Origin: Thainema sp.
GTDB lineage: Bacteria; Cyanobacteriota; Cyanobacteriia; Phormidesmidales; Phormidesmidaceae
Reading direction: 5' to 3'
Length of the DNA stretch: 22,530 bases
Assembly: GCA_052168235.1 (NCBI GenBank)
Contig: JBQLZK010000089.1
Coordinates: 1-22,530, forward strand
The stretch's first letter is position 1, and each line of letters begins with the position of its first letter. The position numbers and the translations under genes are program-made. Positions 7,192 through 16,800 of the stretch are shown here, in pieces. The notes under the pieces were generated by a model, which worked only from the letters and a program-made list of their open reading frames with translations, did no database searches and was not told the DNA's origin.

Positions 7192-8433
7192 CTATTGCTT
7201 TGCTAGTTCCAAAGAGGAGTCGGCATTAACTGGAGCGGTTGTTTCCAGCATGGCGATTTGGTTGAGGTTCTGATCTAACTGCACAGAGGTTGTTTTAATT
7301 TGCTGCGTGAGTGAGTCATATTCTTGCATCAGCGAGATCATCTGCTGCTGGCGCCGATGGATTTGTGGGGCCGCAGTCGCAATATTTTGCTGTCGCATCT
7401 GCAAAACCTGTATCCGATGCGCAAGTTCAATTGCTTGTTGCAGATTGCGCAGGTAGGCCGATTCTTGAATCATTTCTGCTGACACATAGATCGGCTGCTG
7501 AGCTGCGGTACTGCCCGAGGACTTGGCATAGAACTGTAGCGATCGCACAGCTTCTTGGTTGAGCTGAGTATAGTGAGCTTGATACTGCTGCTGGAGCGTC
7601 TGAAGTTGGGCTGTATTTGGTGTCACTTGACTGGCGGTATTGATCAACTGCTGATCAATGGCGTTCAGCTTGTCTAGCAGTGCCCGATAGCGGGCGTTAT
7701 TGTTCAAAATCCGTGGGCCAATTTGACTGTGGCTGGAAATATTTATCTGTTGAAGCAGTTCTGCCTGTTGCTGCTGAGCCAGAGCTAGTTTTTCGTGGAG
7801 CGTCGATTGCTGAGTTGCCAAGTTATCTAGCCGGACGGCAAACCGCTGCACGTCAATTGCAATGTTGGTCAGGCCATGCTGCTGCTGGAGCGATCGCAAC
7901 TCATTTCGTAGGCTGGCCAACTGCTGCTGAAGCACTGGCGTTTGTGCTTGGAGTGCCGCTAATTGCTGTTGTTGGGGCGATGGGGCTACGGGCGCGGAGG
8001 CGGCTGGACGCGATGGTTCAGTAACGCCTGCGATTGCTGGATTGGTTACTTGATGGGAAGCAGTGGGCAGATTCTCTGGGGCGGCTACTGTTTGAGTAGA
8101 GTAGAGCTGGTCGGGCTGGGCTAGATCTGGATGGGTTAATCCCGGTGGGTCTGTATCTGTATCCGTTGGGATGTTAACCAACGGGATTGATTCAGGCTGG
8201 AGCCAGTGGCCGGTTGCAACTGAGAGGGCTGAAATACTTGCGATCGCACCCAACTGATAGACCGCTGCAGTCGGCAGGCCATCAAGGCGCGGTACCGTGT
8301 TTTGCTGTAAAGGTTGATTGGGGGCTGGATTGGGCAGCAGGTATGCATCGTCAGCACCTGTGCCGACGGTGGAAGCCTGAATGATGGCTCGCAGTTGCGC
8401 CAACAGAGTTGCAGATTTTTCCTGACCAGTCAT
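7192..8433 (-). CDS. Gln-rich coiled-coil protein resembling the periplasmic helical region of Wzc/GumC polysaccharide co-polymerases
   Basis: The 413-aa ORF has an N-terminal weakly hydrophobic segment and a Pro/Ala-rich linker. These are followed by about 250 aa of heptad-like helices, with segments (LRSLQQQHGLTNI; RYRALLDKL..IDQQL......TPN...LQTLQQQ) reminiscent of cyanobacterial GumC. The ORF is solid; the family call is tentative. Confidence 0.55.
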   Translation of the reverse strand: MTGQEKSATLLAQLRAIIQASTVGTGADDAYLLPNPAPNQPLQQNTVPRLDGLPTAAVYQLGAIASISALSVATGHWLQPESIPLVNIPTDTDTDPPGLTHPDLAQPDQLYSTQTVAAPENLPTASHQVTNPAIAGVTEPSRPAASAPVAPSPQQQQLAALQAQTPVLQQQLASLRNELRSLQQQHGLTNIAIDVQRFAVRLDNLATQQSTLHEKLALAQQQQAELLQQINISSHSQIGPRILNNNARYRALLDKLNAIDQQLINTASQVTPNTAQLQTLQQQYQAHYTQLNQEAVRSLQFYAKSSGSTAAQQPIYVSAEMIQESAYLRNLQQAIELAHRIQVLQMRQQNIATAAPQIHRRQQQMISLMQEYDSLTQQIKTTSVQLDQNLNQIAMLETTAPVNADSSLELAKQ

Positions 8434-8582
8434 GTACTCACCGGATGCTCGCTAAAGCAATCTACAGAAAACAATTTAGCTGTCCGGAAGATTAAACTGC
8501 TCCTTCAGATTCATGAAAATCTGGGCAGGCTGTGGCACAGTGGACGAAGCGGTTGAAAACGTTTGATCACATAGATTGAGTT

Positions 8583-9497
8583 ATGTTTATTCCTGCCGGA
8601 TTTGTACAGCGTTCTGTGCTCACAAGCCTGGGGCAAATGGTGTATTACACCAATGAAGAGGCCCCGTGGGATCGCAGAGAGATTAGTAATAAGGAAACGC
8701 TCGTGTTTTTCCACGGATTCGGTGGTGGTTCATCCGCCTATGAATGGTCGAAAGTTTATCCAGCATTTGCCTCGGACTATCACGTTGTTGCGCCCGATCT
8801 GATTGGTTGGGGGCGCTCCGCTCATCCGGAACGCAACTATACGCCAGAGGACTATATCAATGTCATTCTGGAGTTTATGGAGCGGATTAACGACCGTCCA
8901 ACGAAGGTAATTGCTTCGGCTTTGACTGCTGCGTTTATGATTCGGGCGGCGATTCAGCGACCAGAGCTGTTTCAACTGATGATTTTGACCACAGCGGCAG
9001 GGCTGTCTGAGTTCGGCAATGACTATCAGGAGAATTTTTTCACTAAAATTGCCGCTACGCCTGTGATTGACCGATTGCTCTACAGTACAGGGGTGGCCAC
9101 CAGCTTTGGGATTCGCAGCTTTCTTGAGCAGCGCCAGTTTGCCAACCGCGATCGCGTTTATCCAGAGATAGTAGAAGCCTATTTGCAGTCAGCCCAGCAG
9201 CCGAATGCGGAATATGCGGCGCTGTCGTTTGTGCGGGGTGATCTGTGTTTTGACTTGACCCAGTACATTCAGCAACTACAGGTTCCGACTGCGCTGATTT
9301 GGGGCCAGTCTTCTCAATATACGGGGCCGAAAGTGGGCAAAACGCTGGCCGAGATGAATCCCAGCGCTGTGAAGATTTTCTATCAGCTTGATGATGTTGG
9401 CTTTACGCCCCAGCTTGAGCTACCGGGCGTGACGATTGGCCTGATTCGCCAGTTTATGTCGATTCTGGAGAAGGAAAAGGATTCGGATTCTCTTTAA
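8583..9497 (+). CDS. Alpha/beta hydrolase fold protein (probably non-catalytic)
   Basis: Fold motifs LVFFHGFGGG, VVAPDLIGWGRS and L.VPTALIWG are present. The nucleophile elbow reads IASALT and the His region reads VGFTPQLE. Confidence 0.85.
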   Translation: MFIPAGFVQRSVLTSLGQMVYYTNEEAPWDRREISNKETLVFFHGFGGGSSAYEWSKVYPAFASDYHVVAPDLIGWGRSAHPERNYTPEDYINVILEFMERINDRPTKVIASALTAAFMIRAAIQRPELFQLMILTTAAGLSEFGNDYQENFFTKIAATPVIDRLLYSTGVATSFGIRSFLEQRQFANRDRVYPEIVEAYLQSAQQPNAEYAALSFVRGDLCFDLTQYIQQLQVPTALIWGQSSQYTGPKVGKTLAEMNPSAVKIFYQLDDVGFTPQLELPGVTIGLIRQFMSILEKEKDSDSL

Positions 9498-9543
9498 GAT
9501 TTTGCCTTTTGCCAACTTGTTGGACACAAGCAATTGGTCTCAA

Positions 9544-9581
9544 TCATAAAAAGGCGGCTTCTAGAAGCCGCCTTTTTATGA
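9544..9581. terminator. Bidirectional intrinsic terminator
   Basis: The perfect 38-bp palindrome TCATAAAAAGGCGGCTTCTAGAAGCCGCCTTTTTATGA has a GC core and A/T tracts on both sides, and lies between convergent genes. Confidence 0.85.
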
Positions 9582-9661
9582 CTCGTTAAACTGTTACTGG
9601 ATTAGATAACTTTAGATGATTATCATCGAACGACAGTTATATAAGTGATTTAACGTTGGGC

Positions 9662-9955
9662 TTAGTAGCGCTGATTCCAGCGACCGCCGCCACCACCATT
9701 CGTAGATTTCGGTTGACGAGGACGGGCTTTGTTTACTTTCAGGTCGCGCCCCATCCATTCTGCTCCGTCCAGAGCTTCAATTGCGGCATCTTCTTCAGCT
9801 TCACTGCTCATTTCAACGAAGGCAAATCCCCGTGGGCGGCCTGTTTCGCGATCAGTGGGTAGTGTTACCCGGCTGACGGAGCCATATTCTGCAAAAACTT
9901 CTGTAATATCCTCCTGGGTTGCACTATAGGAAATATTACCGACGTAGATAGACAT
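9662..9955 (-). CDS. rbp: RRM-type RNA-binding protein (cyanobacterial Rbp family, short Gly-rich tail)
   Basis: It has RNP2 SIYVGNI, RNP1 RGFAFVEM, ALDGAEWMGRDLKVNKARPR and a C-terminal GGGGGRWNQRY. Confidence 0.95.
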   Translation of the reverse strand: MSIYVGNISYSATQEDITEVFAEYGSVSRVTLPTDRETGRPRGFAFVEMSSEAEEDAAIEALDGAEWMGRDLKVNKARPRQPKSTNGGGGGRWNQRY

Positions 9956-10100
9956 GACTGATGTACATCTCCAGAAATTAAGCGTTTTGTTGTGAATTGT
10001 TCCGGAAATGCCCTAGTCAGTGAAATCGAATGAAAATCGAATGTCATTGTACGGATCAGGCTTAAACCCGAAAGCAAACTTTCACTCCATAACCCTAACA
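9956..10100 (-). promoter_or_regulatory. rbp promoter/5'UTR with anti-RBS box
   Basis: On the minus strand there is an extended -10 TGTTAGGGT (10100-10092). ATTTCCGGAA (10009-10000) is complementary, with G-U pairs, to the RBS segment TTCTGGAGAT (9976-9967). This resembles the conserved Box I/RBS pair of cyanobacterial rbp leaders. Confidence 0.6.
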
Positions 10101-10201
10101 CAACATTATTCCGCTGATATCGTCTGATTTATGAGATTAATCATAGGCTACAACGCCCAGAGGTGTTGCGTTAGACCAGGATTTTATTTTACTGCGAAAA
10201 A

Positions 10202-11245
10202 TTACTGAACTGACTGGATCACAATCCAGTCTTGCTGGACAGTTGCGATCGCACCTCCCGGAAATGGATCGGTACAGCTACGATTCGGTGCCTGGATTAG
10301 CGCTACGGCTTTTTCGACATGAGCAAAGGTGGGAGCGGTTGTCATAATCTGCTGTAAAAAGCGACGCATTACCCGCCGCTGCAGGGCTAAGGGGGCATCT
10401 TGTAACACTGGCCGATACAGGGGGCAATATGGGAGACGATACAGGGTCAGTTCAGCCGGATGTGCTGGTGAGTTCGCCGGATTTTGGGCCTGTTGCCAGA
10501 GTTCGAATGCCTGCGCTTCCAGATAGTCTACGTCTGCCCGCAGTAGTTCCGCCGTTTGGGCCAGAGTGGTTTCGATTTGAGGATTGAACTGAGCGGCTAG
10601 TTCAGGCAAGAGATCCAGCCGAATCCGGTTGCGGGTGTAGCGGGTGTCTTGGTTGGTGGTGTCGTGCCAGATGGGCAAGTTGCGATCGCGGCAGAACTGA
10701 GCGGTTTCCTGGCGCGTGATTTCCAGCAGCGGACGGACTAACCAGCGCGATGAGTCCTGCGAGTTGACCCAATCCAGCGGTCGCTTCCAGGTGAGGGCGC
10801 TCAATCCATCCATGCCACTGCCCCGCATCAGGTTATAGAGCAGGGTTTCGGCCCGATCCGTGGCCGTGTGGCCCGTGACGATGACTGGAGCATTCAATTC
10901 GGCTGCAATTTCATCCAGCATCTGATAGCGCCACTGTCGCGCGGCGGCTTCACTCGGCAAGGGGGCATGGGCGACCCGTTGGTAATACGGCAACTGCCAC
11001 TGTGCGGCCAACTGCTGCACATGCGCTGCATTGGCTGTTGAATCAGGCCGCCAGCGGTGGTCACAGTGGGCGATGGCTAATGACCAATTCCACTTAGGCT
11101 GCACATCAATCAGCAGTTGGGCGAGACAGAGGGAATCTTGACCACCGGATACGGCAATCACAAGCTGCTGCCCTGTGGAGAGGATCTGGCGCGATCGCAG
11201 CGTTTGATGAATGCGGGCATGGAATATCGTCCAGGGAGCTGACAT
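10202..11245 (-). CDS. tilS: tRNA(Ile)-lysidine synthetase
   Basis: It has the PP-loop AVSGGQDS, HCDHRWR, SEAAARQWRY, TGHTATDRAETLLYNLMRGSG, VRPLL and D.TN....YTRNRIR. Confidence 0.95.
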   Translation of the reverse strand: MSAPWTIFHARIHQTLRSRQILSTGQQLVIAVSGGQDSLCLAQLLIDVQPKWNWSLAIAHCDHRWRPDSTANAAHVQQLAAQWQLPYYQRVAHAPLPSEAAARQWRYQMLDEIAAELNAPVIVTGHTATDRAETLLYNLMRGSGMDGLSALTWKRPLDWVNSQDSSRWLVRPLLEITRQETAQFCRDRNLPIWHDTTNQDTRYTRNRIRLDLLPELAAQFNPQIETTLAQTAELLRADVDYLEAQAFELWQQAQNPANSPAHPAELTLYRLPYCPLYRPVLQDAPLALQRRVMRRFLQQIMTTAPTFAHVEKAVALIQAPNRSCTDPFPGGAIATVQQDWIVIQSVQ

Positions 11246-11258
11246 GGTGAAGCGATCC

Positions 11259-13841
11259 TTACAGGCTCCAGGTGGACTGATTCGCTAGCAGCGATCTCAC
11301 CTGCTCGGCTGGCAGAGGACGAGAAAAGAGGTAGCCCTGGCCGTATTCACAACCAAGAGTCTGGAGCGTCTGCACCTGCTGCTGGCTTTCAATCCCTTCT
11401 GCGATCGCATCCATGCCTAACGCATGCGCTAGGTTGACGATGGCCTGTACAATGCCCGATTGACTGGTTGTGACATCCATTTGTTGGACAAAGGAGCGAT
11501 CAATCTTGAGCGTATCGATCGGAAACTGGTGCAGATAGCTGAGGGAGGAAAAGCCGGTGCCAAAGTCGTCGATGCTGAGCTGAATGTCGCGCTGCTTCAG
11601 TTTTTCGAGCCGAGACACCACCACGGTTGAGTTCTCCATCAGCATCCGTTCGGTTAGTTCGAGCTTGAGGCAAGCTCCGGTTAATCCGGTCGATTGCAGA
11701 ATTTGGTCGATTTGGGTGATGAGGCTTTCCTCCGCCAGTTGGCGACTGGCTAAGTTGACGCTTATTTGTAAATTCGCTACGTGGGGAAACTCCTGTTGCC
11801 AGACCCGCAGCTGCTGACAAGCGGACTGGAGAATCCATTCACCGATGGGCACAATCATGCCGTTATCTTCGGCCATTGGGATAAACTGATTCGGCGGAAT
11901 CACGCCTTCAGGCGACTGCCAGCGAATCAGCGCTTCAAACCCAGTCAGTTGCCCGGTGGTCAGCGACACGATGGGCTGGTAGTGCGTGACAAATTCCTGC
12001 TGATCGATGGCGCGCTGGAGATTGGCCTCTAGCCTGAGCATCTGCACGGCGCGGGCATGCATCACTTTATCAAAGACTTCGTAGCAGTTGCGGCCATTAT
12101 CTTTGGCACGGTACATGGCAATATCGGCATCCCGCAATAGTTCGGTGCCGTGCTGGTAATCGGCAGCACTGAGGACAATGCCGATGCTGGCAGTTGTCAC
12201 AACATCGTGACCCGCCAGTCTGAACGGGGGCACTAAATCATCCTGGATGCGCTGTGCCACTCGGATGGCATCGTGAATGTCGTGAATATCTTCTAGCAGA
12301 ATGGCAAACTCATCGCCCCCCAGCCGTGCCACTGTATCCGTTGGTTTGGTGCAGCGGGTGAGGACATTTGCGATCGCAACCAATAGCTGATCGCCCACCA
12401 CATGTCCCAAGCTGTCATTGATCCGCTTAAATCGATCGACATCGACGAACAAGATAGCGAATTCATACCCACTATGTCGCTCTGACATTTTCAGCGCCAT
12501 CTGGAGCTGATTCATGAAAAAAGCCCGATTGGCTAGCCCGGTTAAACCGTCGTGGATGGCATCGTGGGTTAACTGTTCCTCTGCTCGCTTGCGTTCGGTA
12601 ATATCAATCACCTGCACGGCTAGCTGATGCAGTTCGTCCTGGCTATTTTGCAGCGGTGCGATGCTGACGACGGCATAGAGCGTTTCGCCAATTTTGTTGA
12701 GATAGCGCTTTTCGAGCTGGGCGTGGGGCAGGTCGCCCGACACAATTTTTTGAATCAGATTGAGATTGCTGGGCAAATCGTCGGGATGGGTGACATCCAG
12801 CCAGGTGGTTTGCAAAAGCTCTGCTTTGGTATAGCCCAGCAAGTTACACAGAGCCTGGTTGACGTTGAGAAAGCGACCACGCAAATCTAAAATCGACATG
12901 CCCGCTGGAGCCAGCTCAAAAATCTGGCGAAACTGCCGCTCGCGAATTTTGAGTTCCTGCTCCACCTGTTTGCGATCGCTGATGTCTAGGCAGGAGCCAA
13001 TGTAGCCAATGAACTCCCCCTGCTGTGAGTAGCGGGGTTTGCCCGTATCCAGAATCCAGCGATAGTTGCCATTCACGTGCAGCAGACGGTACTCACTGAC
13101 AAAATCTTCTTGATTGTGTACAGCTTGAAAATAGCAGTCGTAATAGGCTTGGCGATCATCCGGATGAACGTTTTCTAGCCAGCCATCATATATCTCTTCT
13201 TCAAGCGTCCGTCCGGTAAACTCTAGCCAGCGCTGGTTGAAAAAGATACAGTCGCCAGCAGAATTAGCCAACCATAGCAGCATCGGAGCCGTATTCGCTA
13301 TATCACGAAACCGGGACTCGCTTTCATATAGGGCAGCATTCGCTATTTGCAGGGCGGCATTGGCCTGCTGTAATTCTTGAGTGCGCTGGCGGACGCGATC
13401 TTCTAGTTCTAAATTGAGCTGCTGGAACTGTTCAATGGCTCGCTTGAGCTGGAGCTGATGCTGAATCCGAATCAGGATTTCTTCCAGTTGAAAGGGCTTG
13501 CTGATGTAGTCAGCGCCGCCGGATTTGAACGCTGTTACTTTATCGAACGCTTCATTGAGGGCGCTGAGAAAAATTACTGGGATAGACTGAGTGGCTGGAT
13601 TGGCCTTAAGCTGTTCGCAAACTTCGTAGCCGCTCAAATCCGGCATGCGGATATCGAGCAGCACTAAATCCGGTGGGGTCGTTTGCGCCGCTGTCAGCGC
13701 CATGCGACCATTGGTGACGCAGCGGACTTTGTACCCTTGCTGGCTGAGTGTCGATGCGAGAAACCGAAGATTGGCTGGCGTATCGTCCACAATCAAAATG
13801 TCGGCTCTTGTGGACTCATCATTCACTGAGAAATCAGTCAT
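11259..13841 (-). CDS. REC-PAS-PAS-GGDEF-EAL response regulator (diguanylate cyclase/phosphodiesterase)
   Basis: The intact REC domain (ILIVDD, LVLLDIRMP, FLSA, YISKPF) is followed by two PAS/PAC domains (VHPDD, THPDD, DISDRK/DITERK), ARLGGDEF, FEALIRW, LELTE, IDDFGTGFSSL, LKIDRSF, AEGIE and GQGY. Confidence 0.95.
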   Translation of the reverse strand: MTDFSVNDESTRADILIVDDTPANLRFLASTLSQQGYKVRCVTNGRMALTAAQTTPPDLVLLDIRMPDLSGYEVCEQLKANPATQSIPVIFLSALNEAFDKVTAFKSGGADYISKPFQLEEILIRIQHQLQLKRAIEQFQQLNLELEDRVRQRTQELQQANAALQIANAALYESESRFRDIANTAPMLLWLANSAGDCIFFNQRWLEFTGRTLEEEIYDGWLENVHPDDRQAYYDCYFQAVHNQEDFVSEYRLLHVNGNYRWILDTGKPRYSQQGEFIGYIGSCLDISDRKQVEQELKIRERQFRQIFELAPAGMSILDLRGRFLNVNQALCNLLGYTKAELLQTTWLDVTHPDDLPSNLNLIQKIVSGDLPHAQLEKRYLNKIGETLYAVVSIAPLQNSQDELHQLAVQVIDITERKRAEEQLTHDAIHDGLTGLANRAFFMNQLQMALKMSERHSGYEFAILFVDVDRFKRINDSLGHVVGDQLLVAIANVLTRCTKPTDTVARLGGDEFAILLEDIHDIHDAIRVAQRIQDDLVPPFRLAGHDVVTTASIGIVLSAADYQHGTELLRDADIAMYRAKDNGRNCYEVFDKVMHARAVQMLRLEANLQRAIDQQEFVTHYQPIVSLTTGQLTGFEALIRWQSPEGVIPPNQFIPMAEDNGMIVPIGEWILQSACQQLRVWQQEFPHVANLQISVNLASRQLAEESLITQIDQILQSTGLTGACLKLELTERMLMENSTVVVSRLEKLKQRDIQLSIDDFGTGFSSLSYLHQFPIDTLKIDRSFVQQMDVTTSQSGIVQAIVNLAHALGMDAIAEGIESQQQVQTLQTLGCEYGQGYLFSRPLPAEQVRSLLANQSTWSL

Positions 13842-16800
13842 GATCTAGATATCCCCCGCTCAGTTCTATGATGGCCTCAAATTCGAAGTTTTGAACCAGC
13901 AAGTTTAGATAAGCTGCAAGCTCCGGCTGATCCTCTGCGATCGCACAGACTAGCTGCTGAATTTGCTCACCATCAGCACTGGTTGCAGCCTGATGAACAG
14001 CGGTCAGCCACTCAGTGGACTGTTGGGCAAAGCATTGGGTATCAAACGAACCGGGTGACGGCTGCGGATGAGAGAGCGCAACAACTGCCTCCGTCTCAGG
14101 CGCATATTCATACTGCACACCTAGGTATTCAGCCATCTTCTCAAAAACCAGCCAGTCTTGGAACGGTTTGCGGACAAAATCATCACAGCCCGCCGCCAGA
14201 ATATTGGATCTCTCCTCTTCAAAGGCGCTAGCGGTCAACGCGATGATGATGGTTGCCTGTCCATCAATCTGCGATTTAATGGCTGCCGCTGCTTGATCGC
14301 CGGACATTACGGGCATGCGCATATCCATCCAGATTAAGTGGGGCCGCCAGCGATACCACTGTTCAATCGCTTCTTGGCCATTGGTTGCTTCCTCGACCTG
14401 AAAGCCCACTTTCGTCAGTAACGTCACCATCAACTGGCGGCTTTGGTCATGGTCATCTACTACTAAGATGCGGCAGGGTGCCTGCCCTGGAGCGAGTGCT
14501 ACTGGGCAGCGATAGGAATAGGAGGTGGGTAGGACGGTGGTTTGCGATCGCAGCAGCGGTAGCCGCACGGCAAAAGTTGAACCTGCTGTAGACGTGGACT
14601 CTAGCCGGATATCTCCACCAAATATCTGGGCAAACTTCTGGCTAATCGTGAGGCCCAAGCCAGTCCCAACATGGGAGCTGCGGCCAATCGCGGTTTGCAT
14701 AAACGGTTTAAACAGTAGATCCACCTCTTCGGGCGGAATGCCGGGGCCTGTATCCTGAATGGCAAAGTAAAACCAAACGGTGCCGTCAGTGATATTACTC
14801 CTTTTGGCGGCAAGCTTGGTATTATAGGCTGCATTGAATTCAGTGTTTTGATTGGCATGTGCCCGACTCGATTGAGCCTGATCGGCTATGGCAGCTTGAT
14901 AATCGGCTGGTTCAGGATAGGTGTAATCTAGCTGGACACGCAGCGTCACCGAGCCGCGGGTGGTAAATTTGATAGCGTTGCCCAGTAGATTAATCAAAAT
15001 TTGCCGCAGTTTCCCCTCATCGCCAATGACAAATTGCGGTAAATCGGGGGCTAGCTCTACCTTAAAAGCCAAATCTTTCGCGGCAGCTTTGGCCTGGAGC
15101 ATGTTTTGAATTGAGAGCAGCAAATCGTGCAGATCAAACTGAACGTCATGCAGAAACAAACGACCCGCCTCAATTTTGGACATGTCTAAGATGTCGTTGA
15201 TCAGGGTCAGCAAATGTTCACCGCTTTGGTTAATGGTGTTGAGGTATTCTCGTTGGCTATCCGGCAAATTGGCTTCGCGCTGCATGAGCTGGGTAAATCC
15301 TAAAATGGCGTTCAGCGGTGTCCGCAGTTCGTGACTCATGTGAGATAGGAACTCACTTTTGGCTCGATTGGAAGCGTCGGCGGCGTCTCTGGCCTGTCGC
15401 ATCACGGCCTCAGCTTGCAGAGCTTGAATCACCTGGCGTGACTTTTCTCGAATTTCCCGCACGTATTCGGCTTGACGTAGAGCAATGCCGAGTTGTTTAC
15501 CCAGACGGATCATGGCTTTGACTTCCCAGGGTTCCCACTGACGCGGCTCGGTTTGCTGATAGGCGGTCAACATGCCCCACAGATGAGTGCCTTGGAAGAT
15601 GGGGGCAATGATATAGGCCCGAATTTGATATTCTTCCAGTGCTTGCAGATAGCAGTCGGAAAACTGTCGGTTGTAGACATCGTCGGCCACAAAGCTTTCA
15701 ATTTGAGCAGTTACGGTAGCGGATTGGGAAAAATAGGCATCTTTGACCCAGTAATCGGAGTAATCAGGCTGGGACAGATCATGTTTTTTATCTTTATTTT
15801 CCTCATTTTCGTCATCGACTGGGGCAAACTGCGATCGCAGTAATCGATCCGCATGAATATGATGATCCACATCGATATCAGGGATGTCAGCGACATCGGC
15901 ATCGACGATGGGAGGCGAAAACTTTTGCTCGACCTGGGCTAAAGCTTGGTTGAGATGCTCAATTTCGCGGGCTGTTTCATCCAATTTATTTAATTCATCC
16001 AATTCATCTAATTCTGCAAAATCTGGAGATGGGTCAGAAGCCGCTGGAGACTGGGCCTGACTAAATCCGGCATGGGGGCGAGAGAAATAGGGTTTTGAAT
16101 TGTGGATGAGCTGAATAATTTTGCGATCGCCGATGTTGAGTTTTAGGGTGGGATCTTGGCTTTGCCGCGCGATCAGGGAGCGACGATTGGGGGCGATGGA
16201 TTCGGCGACAAACTCCCCCGTTTCGTCTGATTTGAACTGGTAAATGGCCACGCAGTCCACATTGAGCAGCTTGCGGGCCTCATAGGTGACGGTGCTGAAA
16301 ATGGTATCGACATCGAGGAATGCCCGCGTCCGATCGACCACGGCATCTACGGCGTTGGCTGTGGCGGCCTGTTTCTGGAGCTGGCGACGAATTTCGGCTT
16401 CGGCGGCTTCTGAGGCTCGCTGCAGTTCTTCCGACTTTTGCTGCACCTGAATCAGCAAGTCGGCTTGATGGAGCGCAATGCCCAACTGTTTTCCTACGTG
16501 AGTGATCAGGCGGCCTTCTTCGGTAGTCCAGGTGCGGGGTTGCTGATGCTGATAAACGGCTAGGAGTCCCCAAAGCCGATTTTGCTGAAAAACGGGCGCA
16601 ATAATGTAGGCGCGAATGTCAAACTGCTCTAGCATTTGGCGATAGCAGTTTGGGCCAATCTCAAATCGGGTATCGTTGGCCTGATGAATATCGCCTTTTT
16701 GAAAACAGCCGCCCTGTGTCGTTTGCAAATGTCGATCAGACCAGATGGTTTGAATGCCGTTACCGACTAGGCAGGGATAAGCCGGATCGACGGATTCGGC

